47,233 nt of DNA from Syntrophomonadaceae bacterium (GTDB lineage Bacteria; Bacillota; Dethiobacteria; DTU022; UBA8154). Positions within the stretch are counted from its first letter, which is position 1, and every line of letters begins with the position of its first letter. Of this stretch, positions 8,313 through 17,175 are shown one piece after another. The stretch is taken from contig SLJK01000050.1 in assembly GCA_007135125.1 (NCBI GenBank), positions 1 to 47,233 of the forward strand, in the 5' to 3' direction. The translations under genes were made by a program, and so were the position numbers. Below the pieces are notes generated by a model. It was not told the DNA's origin. It worked only from the letters and a program-made list of their open reading frames with translations, and made no database searches.

Positions 8313-8999
8313 CTGAAAGAGAAGATTCTGGTAGTAGATGATGAGAAGCCTATTGCAGAAATACTGGAATATAACTTAAAAGAAGAGGGATTTCTGGTTG
8401 TAATGGCTTATAATGGTGAAGAGGCTTTGCGCCTGGCCTTTGAAGAAAAGCCGGACCTGATCTTGTTGGATATAATGCTTCCTCTACTGGATGGTTTTAA
8501 TGTTTGCAAACGTATTAGAGAAAAGATGGATGTCCCCATAATTATGCTTACTGCCAAAGAAGCTGAAGTAGATAAAGTGCTTGGTTTGGAGCTGGGAGCT
8601 GATGATTACGTTACCAAGCCATTTAGCGCAAGAGAAATAATAGCCCGTATTAAAGCGACTTTGCGGCGCACGAAAATGCAGGACCGCGAATCAGAAATTT
8701 TAACTTGCGGTGAACTGGTACTGGATAGGGGTAGAATGGAGCTTTTTAAAGGTTCTGCGCAGATAGAGCTAACTTACAGGGAATTCACTCTCGTTGCTTT
8801 TTTGCTACAAAATGCTGGCTACGTTTTCAGCAGGGAAAAACTGCTGGAAGAAGTATGGGGCTATGATTACATTGGCGATTTGCGAACTGTGGATGTAACA
8901 GTGCGCAGGTTGCGTGAAAAGATTGAGGATGATCCGGGTAATCCGATATATATTTGTACCAGGCGTGGAGCCGGTTATTATCTGAGGAGGCCGTCCTGA
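8313..8999 (+). CDS. walR: WalR (YycF) response regulator, apparent CTG start
   Basis: Receiver N-terminus KEKILVVDDEKPIAEILEYNL lies upstream of the ORF-track ATG (8403); LLDIMLP, LGLELGADDYVTKPFS, RTVDVTVRRLREKIEDDP, TRRG.GY; followed by walK-yycH-yycI. Confidence 0.93.
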   Translation: MKEKILVVDDEKPIAEILEYNLKEEGFLVVMAYNGEEALRLAFEEKPDLILLDIMLPLLDGFNVCKRIREKMDVPIIMLTAKEAEVDKVLGLELGADDYVTKPFSAREIIARIKATLRRTKMQDRESEILTCGELVLDRGRMELFKGSAQIELTYREFTLVAFLLQNAGYVFSREKLLEEVWGYDYIGDLRTVDVTVRRLREKIEDDPGNPIYICTRRGAGYYLRRPS

Positions 9000-10831
9000 T
9001 GAGTGTCGGCATGCAGGGGAAAATTGTCCTGCTCTATTCTCTGCTGATTTTGTTTGCCATGCAAGTGAGCGGAGTTTATTTGGTTAATTCATTAGAAGAT
9101 TTTTACTTGCGCAACTATTCTTCTCAGCAGCTTTCTCAGGCAGAACTTATGGGAAGTTTCATGCGACGCTACCTGGCAGAGGGGGAAGAGCAGAAAGAAT
9201 ATATCTCCTCTCTTATTACTGAATTTGGTGGTGGTACTCCGGACACGGAAACGATAGTTTTGGACCGTTACGGTCGGCTGCTGGGAGGTGCGGAGCAGAG
9301 CTATCTGTCTTTACCGAGAGAACGTGTAATCCAGGATGATATTCTTCTGGCCCTGGCCGGGAATACGGTGGAGGCAATACGTGTTGAACCAGAAACGGGG
9401 ATGCGCAATTATTTTTTGGCCCTGCCTGTTAAAGATGGTTCAGCTGTGGAAGGCGTTATATTCGTGAGAGGATCCCTGGAAGATATTTACCTTAAACTTC
9501 ACGAGATTAAAATGATGCTTATTACCGGCTGGAGTATTGTGCTGGGGATTGCCATAGTGGTTAGTTTTATGTTGACAAGAACCATTACCAGGCCGATCCG
9601 GGAGGTGACTTCCAGGGCGGCGGCCATGGCCGATGGTGACTTCTCACAGCTGATAGAGGTGCGCTCCGAGGACGAAATCGGTGAACTGGGTGGGATGTTT
9701 AACTTTTTAACCTCTCAATTGCAGGACACCTTAAGTGCCATATCCGGGGAAAAGAATAAAGTGGAAGCCATCTTGAATTATATGACCGATGGCATAATTG
9801 CTTTTAATAACGAGAAAAAGGTTATCCACCTAAATCCGGCCGCAGAGACCGTGCTATCCTGGGTTGGTGTTTCCCCTGGCGAAGGTATGTCCGGGGAGAT
9901 GATTTTGGGTAATTTTTTTGATCGTGAGGAACTTGAGAAATTGCTAAGCAGCAGGGAACCTACTACCAGGGAAGTGCATCTGAAAGAGCCCTATGAAAAG
10001 ACGTTACAGATTCATTTCGCACCTTTTGAGGAAAAAGAACGGCAAAAAGGGATGCTGGTAGTTCTGCATGATTTTACCAGAGAAAGGGCTTATGCCCGTA
10101 TGCAAGAAGAGTTTGCAGCCAATGTTTCTCATGAGTTGCGAACACCCTTGACCACTATCAAAAACTATGTTGAAACTCTCTTAAATGGTGCACAGGATAA
10201 TGTAGAGGTAAGGGAACGTTTTTTGCATGTGGTGGACAACGAGACTGAACGAATGGTGAAATTGATTAAAGATCTTTTAATCCTTTCCCAGATTGATTAC
10301 CAGGAAGCAAGATGGTTGAAGGAAAATATCGATATTTCCGTGGTAGTAGAGGAAGTTATTGAGCAGGTAGAGATGGAAAGCAAAGCTAAAGAAATCGACC
10401 TTGCTGTCAAGATTCCCCACGAAAGAATAACTGTGTATCTTGATAAGGATAAGATAAGGCAGGTGCTGTTGAACCTGCTAAGCAATGCACTGAAGTTTAC
10501 CCCGTACGGCGGAAAAATCGAGATAAAAACCTTCCAGAAAGATGGTTACGTCCATATTTCCGTCTGCGATAACGGGGTAGGTATTCCCATTGATGAGAAG
10601 GAACGTGTTTTCGATCGTTTTTACCGGGTGGATAAGACCCGCTCCCGAGATTCCGGAGGTACAGGGTTGGGTCTTTCGATTGCCAAGCAGATTGTAGAGG
10701 CTCATGGGGGAAGCATATTTTTGGAGAGCAAACCTGGTGAGGGGACAGAGGTTACTTTTTCCCTGCCTCTTTTTATATCCAGAGACGATGAATCTTTAGC
10801 TACATCTTCATATATAGAAGTCCCGCCTTAA
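8999..10831 (+). CDS. walK: WalK (YycG) sensor histidine kinase
   Basis: Two TM helices, HAMP, PAS (YMTDGIIA, VVLHD), ANVSHELRTPLT, NLLSNALKFT, GGTGLGL; ATG 8999 overlaps the walR stop (TGATG), SD GAGGAGG. Confidence 0.93.
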   Translation: MSVGMQGKIVLLYSLLILFAMQVSGVYLVNSLEDFYLRNYSSQQLSQAELMGSFMRRYLAEGEEQKEYISSLITEFGGGTPDTETIVLDRYGRLLGGAEQSYLSLPRERVIQDDILLALAGNTVEAIRVEPETGMRNYFLALPVKDGSAVEGVIFVRGSLEDIYLKLHEIKMMLITGWSIVLGIAIVVSFMLTRTITRPIREVTSRAAAMADGDFSQLIEVRSEDEIGELGGMFNFLTSQLQDTLSAISGEKNKVEAILNYMTDGIIAFNNEKKVIHLNPAAETVLSWVGVSPGEGMSGEMILGNFFDREELEKLLSSREPTTREVHLKEPYEKTLQIHFAPFEEKERQKGMLVVLHDFTRERAYARMQEEFAANVSHELRTPLTTIKNYVETLLNGAQDNVEVRERFLHVVDNETERMVKLIKDLLILSQIDYQEARWLKENIDISVVVEEVIEQVEMESKAKEIDLAVKIPHERITVYLDKDKIRQVLLNLLSNALKFTPYGGKIEIKTFQKDGYVHISVCDNGVGIPIDEKERVFDRFYRVDKTRSRDSGGTGLGLSIAKQIVEAHGGSIFLESKPGEGTEVTFSLPLFISRDDESLATSSYIEVPP

Positions 10832-10853
10832 GTATTTCAGGGAGGTATGTTAT

Positions 10854-12446
10854 TTGTTAGAAAAGGCTAAAACCATTTTGCTGATATTCTTTATTGTTTC
10901 AAGCCTGGTGCTAACATACAGGCTGTGGTTCGGTGGCCCCCACCTGGAAGAAGTGATGCTTCCAAGCTACGAGTATGCTTTCTTTACACCTCCTCCGGAG
11001 CATTCAGAGGTTATCAAGCCTTCCAAGATACTTTACCGTGGAGGAGACGAAGAAGCTCTTTTGTATTACCGTGGTCAGGAAGGCTATGAAGATCTATGGG
11101 ATACTCTTTTAGATTATTTGAAAGACAGTATTCTTGCAAATGGCCTGCAAAATATAAGTGAGGAAGATAAAAACAACCTTATTGATGGGCTATCTACTCA
11201 CGTGCTGGTTTATTTAAACCCTTTTGTTCCGCTGGAGTTTCTGGCGCCTGAAAGGGTTTATGGGGATAACAGGGACACAGAGGTCAAAGAGATAGTTATG
11301 GTAGAAAATGATAGCTCCTGGTATATGTTTTTAAGAACAGAAAATGATAACCTTTTATCTACAGCCCTTCAGTTAGATAACGAGTTTAGAGAAACCGTTT
11401 CTTCCAAACAGGGGCATCTGTACATCCATCTGCCTGATTCCCTTTTTCTTGATATAGAGGGGGATTGTAAGAAGCAGTTGCGTGAACAGTTAGAAGATCA
11501 GCAGGATCAGGAAGAAGCGGAACCGGTGGAAGAGGGGGAAGATGAAGGAGACTCAGAAGAAACAAATAATGACTCCGCTATAGCTGAAGAGAATGAAGAA
11601 GAAAATAATGGTAATAACGGTGCAAAAGATGATGAAGTAAATGAGGCAAATGCGGAAAGTGAAGATGATGAATTGAAGGATGAAGTAGATGAAGTAGAGG
11701 ATGTCCAAGATGAAGAACCCCCTGCTGATTTATGGGAAATTAAGACAGAAGGAAATCTTTATCTTCCCGAAAAGGAGCTTTTGGGGGCGGAGGTAGCTTT
11801 GGAAAAGGAAGATATTCCCGTAGGGGAACTTGTCCAAGCTTTCTTTTTTGACCCCTCCATGGCCAGGCGTATTGAAGAAAGGGACGAGGCCATATTTTTT
11901 ACCGATGGCGAAAAAGGATTGCGCATCTATCCTACAGGACTTGTGGAATATGCTGCCCCTATGCTGGAACGTGGCCTCAGTACCATCTCTTACAGTACTG
12001 CCCTAAAAAAAGCAGCTGAAAGCCAGAGCTTGTATGGCGGTTGGCAGGAAGGAAGTTATCTGGTAGAGTCGCTGAGGACAGAAACTGGCTACAGGTTTAA
12101 ATGGAGCCCGGTCATCAAAGGTCTGCCTCTCGAAGGTGAAAATGCTGGTAGTGAGATGCTGGTCAATGAGCAAGGTATCCCTTATTACAGCAGAAATTTT
12201 TTTGTAGCTAACAATTACAGGGGAAGCATACCTTTTCGGCCTTATGCAGAAGCTCTCTGTGAAGCAATTATCCTTTATAGAGATGAACTTGAAGAGCGCA
12301 GGGCCACCCTTTTATTATTGAAACCTGTTATGTATATTTTAGGTGAAGGGGAAGAACAAAAGGGCGTCCCTGCCTGGAAGGTAATTTTTGAAGAAACGGG
12401 AGCAATATACTTGCATTGGAGAAGCCTTGAGGAGCTTCCCGGATAA
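10854..12446 (+). CDS. yycH: YycH/WalH-like regulator with acidic insertion
   Basis: N-terminal EKAKTILL..IVSSLVLTYRLW anchor typical of YycH; third gene of the wal operon; TTG with SD GGGAGGT. Confidence 0.75.
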   Translation: MLEKAKTILLIFFIVSSLVLTYRLWFGGPHLEEVMLPSYEYAFFTPPPEHSEVIKPSKILYRGGDEEALLYYRGQEGYEDLWDTLLDYLKDSILANGLQNISEEDKNNLIDGLSTHVLVYLNPFVPLEFLAPERVYGDNRDTEVKEIVMVENDSSWYMFLRTENDNLLSTALQLDNEFRETVSSKQGHLYIHLPDSLFLDIEGDCKKQLREQLEDQQDQEEAEPVEEGEDEGDSEETNNDSAIAEENEEENNGNNGAKDDEVNEANAESEDDELKDEVDEVEDVQDEEPPADLWEIKTEGNLYLPEKELLGAEVALEKEDIPVGELVQAFFFDPSMARRIEERDEAIFFTDGEKGLRIYPTGLVEYAAPMLERGLSTISYSTALKKAAESQSLYGGWQEGSYLVESLRTETGYRFKWSPVIKGLPLEGENAGSEMLVNEQGIPYYSRNFFVANNYRGSIPFRPYAEALCEAIILYRDELEERRATLLLLKPVMYILGEGEEQKGVPAWKVIFEETGAIYLHWRSLEELPG

Positions 12447-12488
12447 GGCCTCAAATACTATTCAGTTTATATTAATGGTGGTGAAATA

Positions 12489-13391
12489 ATGGATCTTTCC
12501 AGGGCCAAAACAGTCCTGATCTTTACCTTTTTGTTTTTAAATATCTTTCTTCTTTACCATATCCTGGAAGAGGAGGCAGGTACCTCTGACTTCTTTAGCC
12601 AGGAGGAACACGTTACCGGGCTGGAAGAGGCTTTGGAAGAAGCAGATCTGGTGCTGGATATAACCCTTCCTCGAGGGGGTATGAGGTGTGCTTATCTTGT
12701 AGTAGAACCGTGGAGAATAGAAGAGGAAATGCTTATTACTGAGCTTTGGAATGCTCTTGAAGACGAGGAGAGACCTTTCCCTGAAGTGGCAAAAAATATT
12801 GATAGTGCTCAGGGTGAAACCGATTCAGAAATAACAATATACCAATTTGGCAATTATGAGCTCGCTGTAAGCGAAGAGGGATCACTATCGTTTAAAAGGC
12901 TAAGCTTTCCGTCCTCCGGAGAAGAATATATGGAAACAGAAAATATTGAGGAAGATTATATGGAACTGGCCGGAGAGTTTATAGAACAGATCTCTTTTTT
13001 GCAAGGTTTTAGCCATGACTTCTACCAGCAAAGAGAGGGACAGGTAATTATTTATTATGCACAGGAGTTTGAAGGTTTTCCACTTTACACCGGATATCTG
13101 CAGCTATTTATGAGTAATGGCCATATCGAAGCATTTCACCTATATCGCTTGCAGCCCAGAGAGTTTGCACAGCAGACCAGAGAAATTATCCCTCCTTCTA
13201 CCGCGCTGCTTCGTTTTCTGGAGGAATATAGTGGCGGCTTTGCAGGAGCAGAGATTCTTGAATTTTCTTTGGGTTATTACAGCCAAAAATATGACGCTGA
13301 CAGGTGGGAAATTCCTCCTGCATGGAGGATTCGACTGAGTAATGACGAATTATATTATATTAACGCTTTTACCGGTTCTCTCGAACGTTAG
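12489..13391 (+). CDS. yycI: YycI/WalI-like regulator
   Basis: MDLSRAKTVLIFTFLFLNIFL N-terminus, LGYY...PAWRI...YYINAFTG C-terminus. Confidence 0.85.
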   Translation: MDLSRAKTVLIFTFLFLNIFLLYHILEEEAGTSDFFSQEEHVTGLEEALEEADLVLDITLPRGGMRCAYLVVEPWRIEEEMLITELWNALEDEERPFPEVAKNIDSAQGETDSEITIYQFGNYELAVSEEGSLSFKRLSFPSSGEEYMETENIEEDYMELAGEFIEQISFLQGFSHDFYQQREGQVIIYYAQEFEGFPLYTGYLQLFMSNGHIEAFHLYRLQPREFAQQTREIIPPSTALLRFLEEYSGGFAGAEILEFSLGYYSQKYDADRWEIPPAWRIRLSNDELYYINAFTGSLER

Positions 13392-13445
13392 TAAATAAGT
13401 GATAGAAATGCAACCTATTCCAAAGAGATTTAAGGAGGCACATAT

Positions 13446-14714
13446 TTGTCTGAGAAGCTATTGATTACCGGGAAACAAACGATCAAGGGCCGGGTAAAAG
13501 TTAACGGCGCCAAAAATGCAGCTGTTGCTATTTTGCCGGCAGCTTTACTAACTGAAGGCCAGGGGGTCATAAGTAACTTGCCCAGGATAACCGATATCCA
13601 CATGCTGGTAGAAATTCTATCTGCCCTGGGTGCTGATATCTCTTTCAATAAGGAAGGGAGCCTGGTAGTAAATTCTGCTGGAGTTAATAGGTTTGACCCT
13701 CCTCCTCAGTTGGTTAACAGGCTGAGAGCTTCTTATTACTTGATGGGTAGTTTACTAGGACGTTTCAAGCAAGTTGAAATTCCCATGCCCGGTGGTTGTG
13801 ACCTGGGACCGCGCCCTATCGATCAGCATATCAAGGGTTTTTCAGCACTGGGTGCACAGGTGGAAATGGAGCGAGGCATGGTCATACTTAAAGCCAAAAA
13901 ATTGACGGGGGCGCATATATATTTAGACGTAATTAGCGTGGGAGCGACGATAAACATAATGCTGGCCGCGGTTTTGGCAGAAGGGAAAACAGTTATCGAA
14001 AATGTGGCCAGGGAACCTGAAATTGTGGACGTGGCCAATTTTTTGAATGCCATGGGTGCACATGTTGTAGGTGCCGGAACCGATGTTATTAAGATCCAGG
14101 GTGTTAAGGAGCTGGGCGGGGTGGAGCATAATGTTATCCCTGACCGCATTGAAGCAGGTACCTTTATGATTGCTGCTGCTGCCACGGGAGGAGAAGCAGT
14201 AATTGAAGAGGTGATACCAAAACACCTGGATTCTATAATAGCAAAATTAAGGGAAGTGGGAAAGGAATTAGAGGTTGGGCCTGACTGGATCAAGGTTATG
14301 GCCAATAATCCCTTTTACCCCTTGGATCTTAAAACATTTCCTTATCCAGGATTTCCTACTGATCTGCAGCCCCCTGTTATGGTGCTGTTAACCATGGCTC
14401 CGGGGCTTAGTTTCATTACCGAGAATGTTTTTGAAAGGCGTTTCAGGCACGTGGATGAACTGTGTAAAATGGGAGCCAAGATTAAACTGGAAGGACGAAC
14501 TGCTATTATTGAGGGTGGGCACGAACTGACAGGTGCTTCTGTACAAGCCGGCGATCTCCGGGGAGGGGCAGCATTTATTATCGCCGGGCTTATCTCTGAA
14601 GGGGAAACTTATCTGGATGGCCTGGAGCATATAGATCGGGGGTATGAAAGAATAGAAGAGCGTTTTTCTGGGTTAGGGGTCAAGCTGCAACGAATTACTT
14701 CTGAAAAACCATGA
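13446..14714 (+). CDS. murA: UDP-N-acetylglucosamine 1-carboxyvinyltransferase
   Basis: GAKNAA, LRAS, PGGC.LG.RPID.H (catalytic Cys), PDRIEAGT, YPGFPTD.Q, DLRGGA, IDRGYE. Confidence 0.96.
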   Translation: MSEKLLITGKQTIKGRVKVNGAKNAAVAILPAALLTEGQGVISNLPRITDIHMLVEILSALGADISFNKEGSLVVNSAGVNRFDPPPQLVNRLRASYYLMGSLLGRFKQVEIPMPGGCDLGPRPIDQHIKGFSALGAQVEMERGMVILKAKKLTGAHIYLDVISVGATINIMLAAVLAEGKTVIENVAREPEIVDVANFLNAMGAHVVGAGTDVIKIQGVKELGGVEHNVIPDRIEAGTFMIAAAATGGEAVIEEVIPKHLDSIIAKLREVGKELEVGPDWIKVMANNPFYPLDLKTFPYPGFPTDLQPPVMVLLTMAPGLSFITENVFERRFRHVDELCKMGAKIKLEGRTAIIEGGHELTGASVQAGDLRGGAAFIIAGLISEGETYLDGLEHIDRGYERIEERFSGLGVKLQRITSEKP

Positions 14715-14723
14715 AATATGTGA

Positions 14724-14745
14724 AATTATTTCCCGGGAAATAATT
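14724..14745. repeat. Perfect 22-bp palindrome
   Basis: AATTATTTCCCGGGAAATAATT is its own reverse complement. Confidence 0.85.
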
Positions 14746-14757
14746 AATTTTCCGGGT

Positions 14758-14786
14758 TTGAGTTGTTTTTGTTAATGTGTTATATT
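14758..14786 (+). promoter_or_regulatory. SigA-type promoter of htrA
   Basis: TTGAGT-17 nt-TATATT with TG extension. Confidence 0.55.
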
Positions 14787-14859
14787 GTACCCATCCTTGT
14801 GTTGATCTGCATGTGCAAAGATTAATATTGGGAGGGCTTAGTTAAGCGGGGTGTAAAAG

Positions 14860-16035
14860 ATGGATTATCGCCATAACGATTTTGGAGGGCGGAGGAGAAA
14901 TACATCTTTTTGGAAAGGTTTATTTCTGGGTATTGCTGTGGGTAGTTTGCTGCTCGCTATTTTTTTCTTTTATTTTGCAGGCGTCATTATTTCGCAGGTT
15001 AACAGCAGTGAGGCCCAAGCACCTCCGGCTGTGGAAGAGAACACTGCCAACCGTGGAGAGGAGAGCCCGGATGTTCCCCTGGAGGCCAGGGAATACTACC
15101 TGGCTGTGGTGGAAGCTGCTGAGTCGGTTACACCTTCCGTGGTAGGAATAAGTAATTACGGTATGGTTTATGATTTTTGGGGTAGAGGTCAGGAGCAGGA
15201 GAGGGGAACCGGTTCCGGAGTTATCATTGATTCAAGTGGCTTGATTGTTACCAACTACCATGTGATCGAAGGAGCCGAAGAGCTTGTCGTGACCAAGGGC
15301 TCGGGCGAGGAATACCCTGCCGAAATTATCGGCTCTGATCCTCCAACAGATCTGGCTGTATTAAAAATTGATGAGGAAAATTTACCGGCAGCAGAATTGG
15401 ACGACTCTGATAACCTGCGCCCCGGGGAGCCTGCTATTGCAATTGGTAATCCGCTGGGGCTTGATTTTCAGCAAACCATTACCCAGGGGGTTATCAGTGC
15501 CAGCAACCGTTCTATTACTATCCAGGGTCAAAAGTTTACTTTTATCCAGACTGATGCTGCGATAAATGAGGGTAACAGCGGAGGCCCCCTGGTTAACATT
15601 TACGGTAAAGTTATCGGAATAAACACAGCCAAAATTGGGATGCCTGGGGTGGAAGGAATGGGGTTTGCCATTCCCAGCAATAAAGTACGCGAGGTTACCA
15701 CTGAGCTGATAGAAGAAGGAAGAGTAAGCAGACCTTGGATGGGGGTCAATATTACGGATATATCTCCCATGGACGCCCAACGCTTTGAGCTGGACATTGA
15801 AGAAGGTGTACTGGTAACAGAAGTTGTTCCTAACAGTCCTGCCCAAGCTGCCGGTATGCAGCCCTTGGACGTAATTGTGGCCATTAATGATAGGGAGATC
15901 AAAGAGGCCAGCGAACTGCAGCATACTATCTACGAGTACAGTATTGGACAGAACATAGAGGTGACCTTGCTGCGGGAAAGTGAAGAAATTGTATTGCCTG
16001 TAACTTTAGATGAAATGCCAGAGAATATTAATTAA
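14860..16035 (+). CDS. htrA: HtrA-family serine protease (TM + trypsin + PDZ)
   Basis: GTGSG, TNYHV, DLAV, TDAAINEGNSGGPL, C-terminal PDZ (SPAQAAG); YyxA-like position. Confidence 0.93.
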   Translation: MDYRHNDFGGRRRNTSFWKGLFLGIAVGSLLLAIFFFYFAGVIISQVNSSEAQAPPAVEENTANRGEESPDVPLEAREYYLAVVEAAESVTPSVVGISNYGMVYDFWGRGQEQERGTGSGVIIDSSGLIVTNYHVIEGAEELVVTKGSGEEYPAEIIGSDPPTDLAVLKIDEENLPAAELDDSDNLRPGEPAIAIGNPLGLDFQQTITQGVISASNRSITIQGQKFTFIQTDAAINEGNSGGPLVNIYGKVIGINTAKIGMPGVEGMGFAIPSNKVREVTTELIEEGRVSRPWMGVNITDISPMDAQRFELDIEEGVLVTEVVPNSPAQAAGMQPLDVIVAINDREIKEASELQHTIYEYSIGQNIEVTLLRESEEIVLPVTLDEMPENIN

Positions 16036-16058
16036 GAGTAAATTTGCGGTAAATCTGG

Positions 16059-16091
16059 CGGGGCAGGAATTCTTTTCCTGCCCCGGTTTTT
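16059..16091 (+). terminator. Intrinsic terminator after htrA
   Basis: CGGGGCAGGAA-TTCTT-TTCCTGCCCCG followed by GTTTTT. Confidence 0.75.
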
Positions 16092-16104
16092 GTGATAGGA
16101 AGGG

Positions 16105-17079
16105 ATGATTAAGGGCATGGCAGTAGTTTTTATATTTATCGATGGTATTGGCCTGGGCAGCGCTAGCAGCAGTAATCCGTTTTGCACGGCTGATACTCCA
16201 TTTTTTTCTAAAATACTGGAGGGAAACTCCCTCTGTATTGAGGCTGCCGATAAAGATTATCGGACCTTTTCCCTTTTGGCTTTGGATGCTACCCTGGGCG
16301 TGGAGGGTCTTCCGCAGAGTGCAACCGGACAAGCAACTCTTTTCACGGGGGAGAATGCCCCTTCCCTGTTGGGCTACCATCTACACGGCTTTCCTAACCG
16401 GGAGTTACAAGAGCTGTTGAAAGAAAAAGGCATGTTCAAGCGTTTGAGGGAACGTTTTTTGAATGCAACTTTTGCCAATGCGTTTAGGCCTTTTATTTTT
16501 GACGAACTTAAAGAGGGTTTTAAGGGGAGTTATTCTTGTTCTACCCTGGTCAATTATTATGCTGGCCTACCTTTCCGCAGCCTTCACGATTTGCAAGAGG
16601 GTCGCGCTGTATATATGGATATCACTAACAGGCTTCTGCCAGAAATGGGATTTGAAATAGCGGCTGTCACACCACAGCAGGCAGGTGAAAGATTGGCGAG
16701 TATATCTCGGGATTACCACCTGACCTTTTATGAACATTTTATAACTGATATTGCCGGGCACAAGGGTGTACCCGCTGAAGCAGAAGAAGCGGTAAAGACC
16801 CTGGATGCTTTCTTGGCGGCTGTTGCCGCCAGTATGGATCTGCAAAACGATACCCTGCTGATAACCAGTGACCATGGGAACTTGGAGAATACCAGGGACA
16901 GGGTGCATACTTATAATCCTGTCCCAGCCCTAATAGCAGGGAAGGACCGCAAGCGGGCAACGTTTTTTCTGGGGAAACAAAAAGATATTTGTGGGGTTTT
17001 CCCCGCTCTGCAAGATATATTATTAACGCTGAATAGCTCTCTAACAACTCCTGCCAGTTTTCACAATAGACAACCGTAA
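16105..17079 (+). CDS. Alkaline-phosphatase-superfamily metalloenzyme (iPGM/phosphopentomutase-like)
   Basis: Metal ligands IFIDGIG, LPQSATGQ, TDIAGH, TSDHGN, HTYNPVP. Confidence 0.8.
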   Translation: MIKGMAVVFIFIDGIGLGSASSSNPFCTADTPFFSKILEGNSLCIEAADKDYRTFSLLALDATLGVEGLPQSATGQATLFTGENAPSLLGYHLHGFPNRELQELLKEKGMFKRLRERFLNATFANAFRPFIFDELKEGFKGSYSCSTLVNYYAGLPFRSLHDLQEGRAVYMDITNRLLPEMGFEIAAVTPQQAGERLASISRDYHLTFYEHFITDIAGHKGVPAEAEEAVKTLDAFLAAVAASMDLQNDTLLITSDHGNLENTRDRVHTYNPVPALIAGKDRKRATFFLGKQKDICGVFPALQDILLTLNSSLTTPASFHNRQP

Positions 17080-17175
17080 AAGCTTTGTTTTGCCGGCAGG
17101 TGGATGCATATGGCAGGAAACCATATTTCAGGCCATTAACCCGTAATTTAGCACATTTCAGGCGAGGTGCCAACA

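Noticed and set aside
11484-11729. GAA/GAT-rich stretch as a tandem repeat or CRISPR-like array
   Set aside because: No fixed repeat unit; explained by Glu/Asp/Asn codons in yycH.
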